A stretch of 28,301 nucleotides of DNA from an uncultured Anaerolinea sp. (GCA_964461605.1 CAYWVP010000001.1:10878-39178); one strand, 5' to 3'; positions 9,078-18,811 are shown, counted from the stretch's first letter. Made by a program: numbers and translations. The notes: a model not told the origin generated them from the letters alone.

Positions 9078-10094
9078 TTAATTGAGCGAAGTTGAGGTCT
9101 CACTGATCCTGGTCTGGATCTCTTTTGTCATCGAACCCATCAGGTCAGAATCAACGGTCTTGCGGGCAAGCTTTACCGCTGACACAAGCGCGCGTGCATC
9201 TGATCTACCGTGGCCAATAAATACCAGGCCGTTTACTCCGAGAAGAAGTGCAGCACCGGCTTCGGAAGGATCCATCAACTTTTTCAGCGCGGTGAAAGCA
9301 GGTTTGATGAACAGGTATCCAACTTTATTTCGCAAACTGGACTGAATGCTTTCCTTCAAGGTATCCGTTATCAGCCTGGCGACTGATTCACTCGACTTTA
9401 GAAAAACATTTCCAGAAAAACCGTCAGTGACGACACAGTTTACGTTTCCGGCAAAAATCTCCTTCGGTTCAACATTTCCAACGAAGTTTAGACCACTTTT
9501 CTCTAATAATGGGAAAGCATCTTTGACCAGCTGATTGCCTTTGTTGGACTCCTCGCCGTTTGATAACAAAGCCACTTTTGGAGATTCCAGATCAAACACT
9601 TTGCCGGCATAAGCGCTTCCCATAACGGCAAATTCCAACAGAAAATCAGGCCGGCAATCCGCATTTGCGCCTGTGTCCATGAAAACGCATCTGCCATTTC
9701 TTACAGGGATCAATGCGGCGAGCGCGGGTCTTGATATTCCGGGTATCTTTCTTAAGGTCATCACGGCGTTGAAATAGGCTGCGCCTGTATTACCCGCAGT
9801 GACGAATGCCTCTGCTTTCCTCTCTTTGACCAGGTTTAATCCGATTGCCATGGAATTGTTGGGCTTTTTCTTGAAGGATTCTACCGGTTTGTCTGTCATC
9901 TCAACGATGTCCGGAGCATCCATAATCTCAATATTTGAAAGATCGATCGAGAGCGATCCGGCTTTTGCCAGAATCAGATCTTTCTTACCTACCAGAATTA
10001 CTTTTTCACCGCTGAGTGCCAGTTGAGCAGCAGCCTGTATTTCGGGAACTGGATGATCATCACTTCCCATGGCGTCCAGCACGATAGACATCAT
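9078..10094 (-). CDS. plsX: Phosphate acyltransferase PlsX
   Basis: IVLDAMGSD, FVTAGNTGA, ISRPAL, DTGANAD, GEESNKG, GNVEPKE, VTDGFSGNVFLK and IGHGRS; AGGAG RBS. Confidence 0.95.
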   Translation of the reverse strand: MMSIVLDAMGSDDHPVPEIQAAAQLALSGEKVILVGKKDLILAKAGSLSIDLSNIEIMDAPDIVEMTDKPVESFKKKPNNSMAIGLNLVKERKAEAFVTAGNTGAAYFNAVMTLRKIPGISRPALAALIPVRNGRCVFMDTGANADCRPDFLLEFAVMGSAYAGKVFDLESPKVALLSNGEESNKGNQLVKDAFPLLEKSGLNFVGNVEPKEIFAGNVNCVVTDGFSGNVFLKSSESVARLITDTLKESIQSSLRNKVGYLFIKPAFTALKKLMDPSEAGAALLLGVNGLVFIGHGRSDARALVSAVKLARKTVDSDLMGSMTKEIQTRISETSTSLN

Positions 10095-10130
10095 TCACAC
10101 TCCTCTTGGAAATTCACAAATTAGTTCTTC

Positions 10131-10158
10131 TTGACAATAAAGGATACGCGATTATAAT
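10131..10158 (+). promoter_or_regulatory. Consensus sigma70 promoter for tRNA-Leu
   Basis: TTGACA (10131-10136), 16 bp, TATAAT (10153-10158), ending 13 nt before the tRNA. Confidence 0.85.
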
Positions 10159-10171
10159 AACCGAGCATTTT

Positions 10172-10253
10172 GCGCTGGTGCTGGAATTGGCAGACAGGCA
10201 TGGTTGAGGGCCATGTGCCGCAAGGCGTGTGGGTTCAACTCCCACCCAGCGCA
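10172..10253 (+). tRNA. tRNA-Leu (anticodon GAG), CCA not encoded
   Basis: Acceptor GCGCTGG/CCAGCGC plus discriminator A; D arm CTG/CAG; anticodon arm CATGG-TTGAGGG-CCATG; long variable arm GCC-GCAA-GGC; T arm GTGGG-TTCAACT-CCCAC. Confidence 0.95.
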
Positions 10254-10259
10254 CAAAGT

Positions 10260-10286
10260 AAGCCGCGGTTCGCGGCTTTTTGTTTT
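10260..10286 (+). terminator. Intrinsic terminator after tRNA-Leu, possibly also serving the convergent polyprenyl synthase
   Basis: AAGCCGCG-GTT-CGCGGCTT followed by TTTGTTTT. Confidence 0.8.
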
Positions 10287-10296
10287 CCTGTTGTTA

Positions 10297-11268
10297 CTAT
10301 TTTTTGCGTTCAATGATATACCTGGCGATTTTAATTAAAGCTTCACGCTCAGGGCAAACCGGAAATTCTGTAAGATTCGCTTCGGCTTTTTGAGCAAAAC
10401 CGGCAGCTACTTCATAAGCGCGTGAGATGGCATCACTACCAGCGGTTGAAGCAACCAGACGTTGAATTTCATCTTCTCCCTGTATACAGTTGCCTGCAAA
10501 GAGATTCGCAACAGAAGGATCGTTGGGATTGGACTCCATGTAATAGATCATGGGGAGCGTGATCAATCCCTGGCGTAGATCACCGCCGACAGGTTTGCCA
10601 ACGGTACTTTCGTCGCCTGTGTAATCGAGAATGTCATCCACAATCTGAAAAGCCATCCCTAATTCGTATCCGAACTTCCGTAAGGATTCCAATTGTCGGC
10701 CGGTTACATTGCTTAGAACGGCAGCACAATGGGTTGAGGTCTCAAAAAGCGAGGCAGTCTTGGCATAAATGCGTCGGTAATAATCCTCAACGTTCGCTAC
10801 ACAACGGCTGGCGAATAGCTGGTCGATCTCCCCATTCACGATTGTCATCAAACAACGCGCAATCAGCCGCATTACTTCGACAGAGTTGGTCTTTGAAGCC
10901 ATGTCAGAAGCGCTGGCAAAGAGGAAATCACCGGTGAGCACTGTAGCGGCGGGCGACCATTTGGAATTCAGGGTGGGTATGCCGCGGCGTAAGAGAGATC
11001 CGTCAATCAAATCATCGTGAACTAGGCTTGCCGTGTGCAGCATCTCAATTGCAGTCGCCAGTTTGACCTGCAGATCCTGGTTGGCGTTTAACATGTTACC
11101 GATCAGGAGGATGATACGAGGGCGAATGCGTTTTCCGCCTGATGAGAGGATCACTGAAACAGCTTTTTTCAGGTCAGGATGGTATTCCTCTGCCTGAGCC
11201 ATCATTAATTCATCGACTTTGTCCAGTTCGATCTGGATATTATGAAGCGTATCTACGGTTGAATCCAA
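10297..11268 (-). CDS. Trans-polyprenyl diphosphate synthase (HepT/IspB-like)
   Basis: GGKRIRP, FARM HDDLID...RRG, SARM FQIVDDILD, and GKPVGGDLRQGLITLP. Confidence 0.9.
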   Translation of the reverse strand: MDSTVDTLHNIQIELDKVDELMMAQAEEYHPDLKKAVSVILSSGGKRIRPRIILLIGNMLNANQDLQVKLATAIEMLHTASLVHDDLIDGSLLRRGIPTLNSKWSPAATVLTGDFLFASASDMASKTNSVEVMRLIARCLMTIVNGEIDQLFASRCVANVEDYYRRIYAKTASLFETSTHCAAVLSNVTGRQLESLRKFGYELGMAFQIVDDILDYTGDESTVGKPVGGDLRQGLITLPMIYYMESNPNDPSVANLFAGNCIQGEDEIQRLVASTAGSDAISRAYEVAAGFAQKAEANLTEFPVCPEREALIKIARYIIERKK

Positions 11269-11272
11269 TTCA

Positions 11273-12055
11273 TTAAGTCCAATTTAAGAGAGTAGAAACG
11301 TTGTTGGTTGTTGCATCAGCCACTTCTGTTATATCACAATGTTGTAAATCCGCGATCGATTGTGCGATCAGAGGGATATATGCAGGTTCATTCCGTTTTC
11401 CACGGTGTAAGCGGGGAGAGAGGAACGGTCCGTCCGTTTCCAGCACGATCCTTGACAGGTCTATTTTACTAAATACTTCGTGCTTTTTGGTGGAGTTTTT
11501 GTAGGTCACTGGTCCACCTGCTCCAAGAAAAAAACCCATTTCGACGGCGTGTTGTGCTTCCATCAGGTTACCCTCAAAGGCGTGAAATATTCCCTTTACA
11601 GGATGATCCTTACTGTTTTCGGCATGTTTTTCAAGTAAGTCAAATAAAAAGCCCAGGCTTTCACGGCTATGGAGGATGACCGGTTTATGGTGGGATCGGG
11701 CAAATTCAAGGAAGATCGCCAATACCTCAATCTGTGATTTGAGATTATCCTGCCTGTGGTACAGATCCAGACCGATTTCACCTATGGCAATTATCTTCGG
11801 GTCTTCGATAAGGTCTTCAAAATGTTGGATTTGGTCCATTGAAAAATGGTCAATATCACCTGGATGAACTCCAATTGCGGCAAAGACCTCAGGAAAGCGG
11901 TTTGCAAGTTGTACTGCTCGTCGGCTGGATTCCAGGGATAAACCAGGTACGATTATTTTTTGCACTCCAACGTCAATTGCACGCTGGATGACCTCAGCAA
12001 CATCGTCCTGGTATGAAGGATAATCCAGGTGGCAATGAGTATCTACGAATTGCAC
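11273..12055 (-). CDS. tatD: TatD-family hydrolase (nuclease)
   Basis: DTHCHL, IGVHP, GEIGLD, ILHSRE, HAF and LETDGP; GTG start 1 nt after the upstream stop. Confidence 0.9.
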   Translation of the reverse strand: MQFVDTHCHLDYPSYQDDVAEVIQRAIDVGVQKIIVPGLSLESSRRAVQLANRFPEVFAAIGVHPGDIDHFSMDQIQHFEDLIEDPKIIAIGEIGLDLYHRQDNLKSQIEVLAIFLEFARSHHKPVILHSRESLGFLFDLLEKHAENSKDHPVKGIFHAFEGNLMEAQHAVEMGFFLGAGGPVTYKNSTKKHEVFSKIDLSRIVLETDGPFLSPRLHRGKRNEPAYIPLIAQSIADLQHCDITEVADATTNNVSTLLNWT

Positions 12056-12056
12056 T

Positions 12057-13478
12057 TCAGTCCAGGCCAGCGATTCTTAACCCGTCCTTCAGGATGGCTG
12101 CCACATTTTCGGGATGTGTGGTTTCGCAATAAACGCGCATGATGGGTTCTGTACCGGAGAACCGGATCAACAGCCAACCGCCATCTTCAAGACAGAATTT
12201 GAAACCATCCGTGGTGTCGAGAGCAGTAACAGCCAGACCACCGATCGTTTTCGGTTTCGCGTTTAAGATCATTTCTTCACGATCTTTGCGATCACCGGAA
12301 AACGGAGTATCAACCCGATCGTAATAATGCGCACCAACTGTGTCGAAGAGCAGTTTCAACAATTCGGACGGTTTTTTATTGAGCTTGACCATAAAATCGA
12401 GCATGTATAGACCTGCCAGGATGCCATCACGTTCGGGCACATTACCCCTGAAGGCATACCCACCCGATTCTTCCCCGCCGATCATTGCATCCGTTTCAAG
12501 CATTTTTGGTGCAACATACTTAAAACCAACGCCGGTCTCATATACCGGGACATCGTAGATCTTGCCAAGTTTTTCGAGCATGCTGGTAGTCGAGAGGGTT
12601 TTTACGATCGGTCCACGCTGCTGGCGGACTTCCAGCAGGTAATAGGCTAACAGCGCGTAAACCTGCAGTTGATTTACAAAAACACCATTTTCGTCTCCAA
12701 CTCCAACCCGGTCAGCATCACCGTCAGTGATCAGCAGGATGTCGCCTTTCAGATCAACAACAGTTTTCAACCCAACATCAATATTTGGTTGGATTGGTTC
12801 AGGTCGTTTCATTTCCGGGAAGATTGGATTGCGCTGATCGTGGATTTCGATTACCTCGGTCTTATCACCTTTAAGCAGGCGCGTAAACCAGCCGGCTCCG
12901 TTTCCCCACATGGCATCAACCACTATTTTTAAACCGGCTTTCCTGATGGGTTCAAGATCGATCAGTTTTTTTATGTGGGAAATATAGTTGGTGGATGCAT
13001 CGAATATCTCAACCAATCCCTGGTCTTGTGCTTCAGCGAATTGGATTCTTTTGGTCTGTTCTTCTGTCGCAGGGATCAAACTTTCAATTTTTTTCAAACC
13101 ATCCGGGGCAATGGCTCCGCCAAATTCATTGCGGACCTTGAATCCATTATCAACGGGAGGATTATGAGAAGCCGTGATGTTAACCGCACCAACAGCTTTT
13201 TTATCCACTACAGCAAAGGCGATCACCGGGGTTGGTGTTGCTTCCATCGTGAGGTAGACCTTCAGTCCATTTCCCGCCAGTACCTCAGCAGCCGCGCGGG
13301 CAAAATTTTCTGATAGGAAGCGTTTGTCATGACCTACGACCACCCATTCTCCCTTTTTTCCAAGGCTTAGCAGGTATTCAGCAAAACCCTGGGTACACCT
13401 GCGGACATTGGCAAAAGTGTAATCCTCAGCGATGGACCCGCGCCAGCCATCTGTACCAAATATTATTGAGTGAGTCAT
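12057..13478 (-). CDS. Phosphoglucomutase/phosphomannomutase family alpha-D-phosphohexomutase
   Basis: FGTDGWRG, phosphoserine loop TASHNP, metal loop DGDADR, sugar loop GEESGG, and RFSGTEP; AGGAG RBS. Confidence 0.93.
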   Translation of the reverse strand: MTHSIIFGTDGWRGSIAEDYTFANVRRCTQGFAEYLLSLGKKGEWVVVGHDKRFLSENFARAAAEVLAGNGLKVYLTMEATPTPVIAFAVVDKKAVGAVNITASHNPPVDNGFKVRNEFGGAIAPDGLKKIESLIPATEEQTKRIQFAEAQDQGLVEIFDASTNYISHIKKLIDLEPIRKAGLKIVVDAMWGNGAGWFTRLLKGDKTEVIEIHDQRNPIFPEMKRPEPIQPNIDVGLKTVVDLKGDILLITDGDADRVGVGDENGVFVNQLQVYALLAYYLLEVRQQRGPIVKTLSTTSMLEKLGKIYDVPVYETGVGFKYVAPKMLETDAMIGGEESGGYAFRGNVPERDGILAGLYMLDFMVKLNKKPSELLKLLFDTVGAHYYDRVDTPFSGDRKDREEMILNAKPKTIGGLAVTALDTTDGFKFCLEDGGWLLIRFSGTEPIMRVYCETTHPENVAAILKDGLRIAGLD

Positions 13479-13506
13479 ATCAACTCCTGAGATATGGGAT
13501 AAAGAA

Positions 13507-13515
13507 ATTATATCA
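13507..13515 (-). promoter_or_regulatory. Extended -10 promoter for the pgm-tatD-polyprenyl synthase operon
   Basis: TGATATAAT on the minus strand, about 28 nt upstream of the ATG. Confidence 0.65.
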
Positions 13516-13579
13516 GCCTTTGCTGCTTGTTTTTTCAGGTTTGATCCCTGTATTTAACAAACAAGAGAATTTGGTGCTG

Positions 13580-13588
13580 TGGTATTAT
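13580..13588 (+). promoter_or_regulatory. Extended -10 promoter directly upstream of mnmA
   Basis: TGGTATTAT followed by 7 nt and the ATG at 13596. Confidence 0.55.
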
Positions 13589-13595
13589 CCTAAAT

Positions 13596-14705
13596 ATGGC
13601 AGGAATGGTAGACGAAAATAAACCGGCAGCTAATCAACACATCATGGTGGCAATGAGCGGGGGAGTTGATAGTTCAGTTGCCGCAGCCCTCCTTTGCGAG
13701 CAAGGTTACCAGGTTTCAGGAATCATGATGCGTTTGTATAGTACTGATTCTGATGAGGAAAATTTAGACCGGTCTGTGGCATTGGCACGTGAAGTCGCAG
13801 AAAAACTTAACATTTCATTCCAGGTGATCGATTTTCGCCAGGAATTCCAGAAAAGGATAATCAACTACTTTATAGAATCTCACCGTAACGGCAGAACGCC
13901 AAATCCTTGCTTTGTCTGCAATCGACAGATCAAATGGGGATTATTACTTGAGTTTGCTTTGAAGCAAGGAGTAAACTGGCTCGCATCGGGGCATTACGCC
14001 AGAATTACCCGTAACGGCAGGGGGGTGGTTGAATTGCGTAAAGCTGTGGATGCCGGCAAGGATCAGTCTTATGTTTTATCCGGTTTGGATCAGTCCAGTC
14101 TGTCGCACGTGAGGCTACCATTAGGAAATTTGACTAAAGAACAAACACGTGAGATTGCGCGTAGATATAACCTCGGTTTCAGTGAGATCAAGGAATCTCA
14201 AGACTTATGTTTTATTAATGGCATGGGGCAGGAGGAGTTTCTATTGAACCACGCTCCTCAGTTATTCATCCCCGGTGAGATCCGGACCGCGGACGGGCGT
14301 AAGGTAGGTGAGCATAACGGATTGGTCAATTATACGATTGGTCAACGCAAAGGCCTTGGTGCAGGCAACCAGGAGCCGATCTACGTGTTGCAAAAAGACA
14401 TTCAGAATAATTTACTGATTGTCGGAACTCGTTCAGAATTGGGCGTCAAGCAAGTTAGTGTAACTGATGCGAATTGGATAAGCGGTGAAGAGCCACACTT
14501 ACCCGACGAATTTGAGGTAAAAATACGCTATCGTTCCAATCCGAAAATGGCAACGTTGTATAGGAAGAATGATAATGTATATGATATTATTTTCGCTGAA
14601 CCTGTCAGAGATCCAACACCGGGCCAATTTGCGGTCTTCTACAAAGGTGACCAGGTGATCGGCAGTGCTTTATTAAGTGACACTATTTCTGGAGTGAATT
14701 TATGA
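13596..14705 (+). CDS. mnmA: tRNA 2-thiouridylase MnmA
   Basis: PP-loop AMSGGVDSSV, TPNPCFVCN, ASGHYA, KDQSYVL, SQDLCF, YTIGQRKGLG and PTPGQFAVFY. Confidence 0.95.
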   Translation: MAGMVDENKPAANQHIMVAMSGGVDSSVAAALLCEQGYQVSGIMMRLYSTDSDEENLDRSVALAREVAEKLNISFQVIDFRQEFQKRIINYFIESHRNGRTPNPCFVCNRQIKWGLLLEFALKQGVNWLASGHYARITRNGRGVVELRKAVDAGKDQSYVLSGLDQSSLSHVRLPLGNLTKEQTREIARRYNLGFSEIKESQDLCFINGMGQEEFLLNHAPQLFIPGEIRTADGRKVGEHNGLVNYTIGQRKGLGAGNQEPIYVLQKDIQNNLLIVGTRSELGVKQVSVTDANWISGEEPHLPDEFEVKIRYRSNPKMATLYRKNDNVYDIIFAEPVRDPTPGQFAVFYKGDQVIGSALLSDTISGVNL

Positions 14706-14977
14706 CACCAGCCTCTTATTTTCTTGGATTTATTATCGCGTCTATCATCGGATGCGGTTTTCACTTCTGGCACGGCGGCGGATTCAAATGGCTGGTCTTC
14801 TTTAACTTCATCGCCTGGATCGGTTTTTGGTTAGGCCATTTTGTTGGTAACCTGGCTGGAATTCGCTTCCTGGCGCTTGGACCGATCAACTTTGGTCCTG
14901 CATTATTGGGCGCAATTGTTGTTCTGTTTCTAGGGTTTTGGCTGAGCATGTTTAACCAGGAGATGAAAAAGCCATAG
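14702..14977 (+). CDS. Small Gly-rich membrane protein (about 3 TM), distantly GlsB/YeaQ-like
   Basis: Hydrophobic and Gly-rich; ATGA overlap with the mnmA stop. Family resemblance judged by eye only. Confidence 0.65.
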   Translation: MTPASYFLGFIIASIIGCGFHFWHGGGFKWLVFFNFIAWIGFWLGHFVGNLAGIRFLALGPINFGPALLGAIVVLFLGFWLSMFNQEMKKP

Positions 14978-14986
14978 GGCTGATAG

Positions 14987-15874
14987 ATGGAAAACGATCA
15001 TACGAACGCGACGATCACAACAAAAGAAGGTGACCTTGTGCAACTGGTTGGGCTCAGCCACAAGTCATTTATCATCACTTTACAATGTGGTGCAGTTTTT
15101 CATTCACACCGCGGGTTATTGAATCACGATGATCTTATCGGTAAAGTTTGGGGTACTCAGGTATTGAGCCACAACGGAAGTCCCTTTTTTATCCTTCAAC
15201 CATCGTTGACTGATATTCTTCGCCATACTAAACGTACTACGCAGATCATGTATCCCAAGGAGATCGGATACATTCTCTTATACATGGGGATTGGACCCGG
15301 ATCACAAGTGATCGAAGCAGGAACAGGGAGTGGATCATTTACCACCGCGCTGGCGCATGCGGTTGGAGAACGGGGTCGTGTGTTTTCTTATGAGGTAAAG
15401 GAAGCTAACCAGGCGGCAGCCAAGAAGACCCTACAGAAATTGAATTTACAGGATAGAGTTGATTTCAATGTCCGTGATATTTCTGAGGGATTTAATGAGC
15501 AAAACGTGGATGGGGTCTTTCTGGATGTGTCGAATCCATATGATTACCTGCGGCAGGTGCGAGAGGCATTAAAACCAGGCGGACATTTTGGCTGCATCGT
15601 CCCAACGACCAATCAGGTGATGCAGGTGCTGGTCGCTTTACGCCGCAATGATTTTGCGTTTGTGGAAGTTTGTGATGTCTCGGTGCGTTTCTACAAAACG
15701 GAACCGACCCGCTTCAGACCTACGGATCGCATGATTTCTCACACGGGATACCTGATGTTCGCCCGACCTGTAACAATTGAGCGGGGACAGGGAGATTTGA
15801 AACTCCTGCAGGAAATTGGTTTGATCAGCAAGTTGGATAACGAACCAATTGATCTCGATGAGGATTCGGAATGA
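14987..15874 (+). CDS. trmI: tRNA (adenine58-N1)-methyltransferase TrmI (GCD14 family)
   Basis: HSHRGLLNHDDLIG, RTTQIMYPKE, VIEAGTGSG, FLDVSNP, and RPTDRMISHTGYL. Confidence 0.9.
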   Translation: MENDHTNATITTKEGDLVQLVGLSHKSFIITLQCGAVFHSHRGLLNHDDLIGKVWGTQVLSHNGSPFFILQPSLTDILRHTKRTTQIMYPKEIGYILLYMGIGPGSQVIEAGTGSGSFTTALAHAVGERGRVFSYEVKEANQAAAKKTLQKLNLQDRVDFNVRDISEGFNEQNVDGVFLDVSNPYDYLRQVREALKPGGHFGCIVPTTNQVMQVLVALRRNDFAFVEVCDVSVRFYKTEPTRFRPTDRMISHTGYLMFARPVTIERGQGDLKLLQEIGLISKLDNEPIDLDEDSE

Positions 15875-16449
15875 GTGACGCGCACTTTTCACTAGAAACC
15901 AGGATTCACAATGCTTTACGTAAAAATCATCCCGGATTTGATGGGGATATCAGCCCCCGCGTTCCTGCAGCCGTGTTGATCCCATTTGTCCACACAAATG
16001 ATGAGTGGCATTTGCTTTTTACAAAAAGAACCAATGGTGTTGCGACACACCGGGGTGAGATCTCGTTTCCAGGCGGCGCAGCAGAAGATGAAGACAAGGA
16101 CTTGATCCAGACTGCCATCCGCGAAGCGTGTGAAGAGATCGGGTTATGCGAAGAGTCAATTCATGTGATTGGTGTAATGGAGCCAGTCCAGACAGTTTCC
16201 AACTATTGTGTTCTGCCTGTGATCGGCACTGTTAAATGGCCACAGAATCTGAGACTTAACCCGACTGAAGTGGAAAATACGCTTCTTATCCCGGTCAACT
16301 GGTTAAAACAGGATGAAAACTGGTATGTTCAGGATTTTTATTTTGCCCCCGGCCAATCAAAACCGGTATTGCATTACAGGGATTTTGATGGTGAACATCT
16401 ATGGGGAATTACTGCCGGGTTGGCTCAAAAAATTACCTCACTAATATAA
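15871..16449 (+). CDS. CoA pyrophosphatase-type NUDIX hydrolase
   Basis: AAVLIP, LLFTKR...HRGEISFPGG, TAIREACEEIG and LWGITA. Confidence 0.88.
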   Translation: MSDAHFSLETRIHNALRKNHPGFDGDISPRVPAAVLIPFVHTNDEWHLLFTKRTNGVATHRGEISFPGGAAEDEDKDLIQTAIREACEEIGLCEESIHVIGVMEPVQTVSNYCVLPVIGTVKWPQNLRLNPTEVENTLLIPVNWLKQDENWYVQDFYFAPGQSKPVLHYRDFDGEHLWGITAGLAQKITSLI

Positions 16450-16478
16450 AAACGAGCGGAGATTTTCCGCTCGTTTTT
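16448..16478. terminator. Bidirectional intrinsic terminator
   Basis: AAAAACGAGCGGA-GATTT-TCCGCTCGTTTTT between convergent genes. Confidence 0.85.
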
Positions 16479-16496
16479 GTTTTATCAGGGAGGTAA

Positions 16497-17138
16497 CTAA
16501 TCTTCTTCCTCAGCTTCTTTCTTACCCTTCTCGATCACTTCAGGTTCAAGTCCTTCTCCAGCCACAACTACTTCTTCTTCCTCGCCGGCAGGTGAGGTTA
16601 TCAGGATCAGCATTTCGTCTTCAGGCGTGAGTACTTCCACATTAGCGGGGACTACCAGATCCTTCACCAGAATGGAATCGCCGATTTCCTTCAAGACAGA
16701 GATATCGAGGATAAACCTTTCGGGCAGATCTGTGGGCAGCGCTTCAACTTCGACGGAATTCAAACCATCCACCACCACACCGTTGAAGTCCTTCACTGCA
16801 GGCGCGATACCTGTGAACTCAATGTTCACGGCAGTGCGAATCTTTTCAGTCAGCGAAACTGCCTGAAAATCGATATGGATGAACCGGTTCCTTAGATAAT
16901 CACGCTGGCGTTCGCGCACAAGAGAAGCGATCTCTTTACCTTCGAGAGAAACGGTTACAATGCTGGATGAAGTCGCCTGGTTCAGAACACGGGTTGCTTC
17001 TTTGAGGTCCATGATGATGGCAGTGGGTTCAAACTTGTGTCCATAGATCACACCGGGAAGTTTTCCTTCACGCCTTAACACACCAACTTTCTTGCCAATA
17101 GTCGATCTTTTTTCTGCAGAAATTACCATTTTTTCCAT
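16497..17138 (-). CDS. rplY: 50S ribosomal protein L25, long CTC/TL5 type
   Basis: LRREGKLPGVIYG, IHIDFQAV, EVEALPTDLPE, IGDSILVKDL, acidic tail and EPEVIEKGKKE. Confidence 0.95.
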   Translation of the reverse strand: MEKMVISAEKRSTIGKKVGVLRREGKLPGVIYGHKFEPTAIIMDLKEATRVLNQATSSSIVTVSLEGKEIASLVRERQRDYLRNRFIHIDFQAVSLTEKIRTAVNIEFTGIAPAVKDFNGVVVDGLNSVEVEALPTDLPERFILDISVLKEIGDSILVKDLVVPANVEVLTPEDEMLILITSPAGEEEEVVVAGEGLEPEVIEKGKKEAEEED

Positions 17139-17151
17139 TTTATTATCCTTC

Positions 17152-17192
17152 GAGCGCCTCTCACCTGGTTTTATTACCGGTTACCATCGCTC
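17152..17192 (-). promoter_or_regulatory. Structured rplY 5' leader mimicking 5S rRNA loop E (candidate L25 autoregulatory element)
   Basis: mRNA GAGCG-AUGGUA-ACC-GGU-AAUAAA-ACC-A-GGU-GAGAGG-CGCUC: a symmetric 6x6 internal loop matching loop E, directly before the AAGGA SD. Confidence 0.7.
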
Positions 17193-17226
17193 TGATTAAA
17201 TTGTTTTGCCCGAATGGGCGGCTCAT

Positions 17227-17255
17227 ATTATAGGCTGCTAAATGGTTTAGGTCAA
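17227..17255 (-). promoter_or_regulatory. sigma70 promoter of rplY
   Basis: TTGACC (17255-17250), 17 bp, TATAAT (17232-17227); predicted start near 17220. Confidence 0.8.
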
Positions 17256-17284
17256 GGCATGGTTGGTTATGCCTGTATTTTTCT

Positions 17285-18781
17285 CTAGTTTACCCAATTT
17301 AATGTCTTTTCCACTGCTTTCTTCCATTTCGTATAGTACTGATTCCTGAGACCCTCTTCCATCTGAGGGATCCATTCCTTGTCTTTTTCCCAGTTCTGAA
17401 TGAGATCATCAGTATTTTTCCAAAAACCAACAGCCAAACCGGCGGCATAAGCAGCACCAAGAGCAGTGGTTTCAGTGATGCTTGGTCTCACAACCGGTAC
17501 ACCCAGGATGTCAGATTGGAACTGCATCAATAGATCGTTGACAACCATACCACCATCCACTTTCAAGGCGGTTAATCTTGTTTGAGAATCCAGCTGCATG
17601 GCATCCAACACTTCGCGGGTCTGATAGGCGGTGGCTTCAAGGGCAGCACGGGCTATGTGCCCCTTGTTGGCAAAACGTGTAAGGCCGGCAATGATTCCTC
17701 GCGCATCGGATCTCCAATGTGGTGCGAAAAGTCCTGAGAACGCCGGAACAAAGTAGACATCACCGTTGTCCTTTACCGTCCGGGCGAGAGGTTCGATGTC
17801 ACTGGATTTATCGATGATCTGCAGGTTATCACGCAGCCACTGTACCAGCGCTCCAGCCATTGCGATGGAGCCTTCAAGACAATAAACCGCTGGCTCATTT
17901 TGTAATTTGTAACCCACAGTCGTGAGAAGACCATTTTGGCTGAGCACCGGCGAGGATCCAGTATTCAGCAGCATAAAACAACCGGTACCGTAAGTGTTTT
18001 TTGCTTCTCCAGGTTGAAAACAACATTGTCCGAATAACGCCGCCTGCTGGTCACCCAGGTCGCCGGAAATGGGAACCCTGGGCAGTAAAACGGAGGTGTG
18101 TCCGTAAACTTCCGAGCTGGAACAGATCCTTGGTAAGATCGTGGAAGGAATATCGAGTAAATGCATCAATTCCTCATCCCATTTCAGGGATTCCAGGTTC
18201 ATCAACATGGTACGCGAGGCGTTGGTCACGTCGGTAACATGGATTCCTCCCTGAACACCGCCAGTAAGATTCCATATCAACCAAGTATCGATGTTCCCGA
18301 ACAGAATATCTCCTTTTTCTGCCTGCTCCCTCAAGAGCGGATCACTATCCAGTAACCATTTGATCTTTGGACCAGAAAAATATGTGGACAGGGGCAAACC
18401 TGCCTTTTTTTGATAAATCTCACGAGCGCCTCTTTTTTCAAGTGAATTACAGATCTCTGCAGTTCGTGTGTCCTGCCATACGATCGCTTTTCCACAAGGC
18501 AATCCAGTGTAACGATTCCATAGAACAGTGGTCTCCCGTTGATTGGTTATGCCTATGGCAGATATTTCATCGCCCGAAAGACCTGAGATTCGTAGAGAAT
18601 TAATTACAATATCCCGAGTGTTGTTCCAGATTTCCATGGCATCATGTTCAACCAGACCTGGTGCAGGGTAATACTGCTTATGTTCTTTCTGATCAACAGC
18701 CACGATTTCGCCTTTGTGATCAAACACGATGAAACGGGTGCTGGTTGTACCCTGATCAATGGCAGCTACAAAATTTCCCAT
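17285..18781 (-). CDS. glpK: Glycerol kinase
   Basis: [59 protein letters not shown] and VDGG. Start set at ATG 18781 with a GGAGG RBS. Confidence 0.95.
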   Translation of the reverse strand: MGNFVAAIDQGTTSTRFIVFDHKGEIVAVDQKEHKQYYPAPGLVEHDAMEIWNNTRDIVINSLRISGLSGDEISAIGITNQRETTVLWNRYTGLPCGKAIVWQDTRTAEICNSLEKRGAREIYQKKAGLPLSTYFSGPKIKWLLDSDPLLREQAEKGDILFGNIDTWLIWNLTGGVQGGIHVTDVTNASRTMLMNLESLKWDEELMHLLDIPSTILPRICSSSEVYGHTSVLLPRVPISGDLGDQQAALFGQCCFQPGEAKNTYGTGCFMLLNTGSSPVLSQNGLLTTVGYKLQNEPAVYCLEGSIAMAGALVQWLRDNLQIIDKSSDIEPLARTVKDNGDVYFVPAFSGLFAPHWRSDARGIIAGLTRFANKGHIARAALEATAYQTREVLDAMQLDSQTRLTALKVDGGMVVNDLLMQFQSDILGVPVVRPSITETTALGAAYAAGLAVGFWKNTDDLIQNWEKDKEWIPQMEEGLRNQYYTKWKKAVEKTLNWVN

Positions 18782-18811
18782 GTTTTCCTCCGCGATCGAA
18801 TCTGTAAAAAA

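Noticed and set aside
10172-10296. tRNA-Leu as an integration site
   Set aside because: No integrase, no duplicated tRNA 3' end and no foreign-looking DNA; a terminator and a housekeeping gene follow directly.
17255-17274. AGGCAT-N8-ATGCCT hairpin after glpK as a terminator
   Set aside because: It is only a 6-bp AT-containing stem with no U tract, and it abuts the rplY -35; too weak to call.
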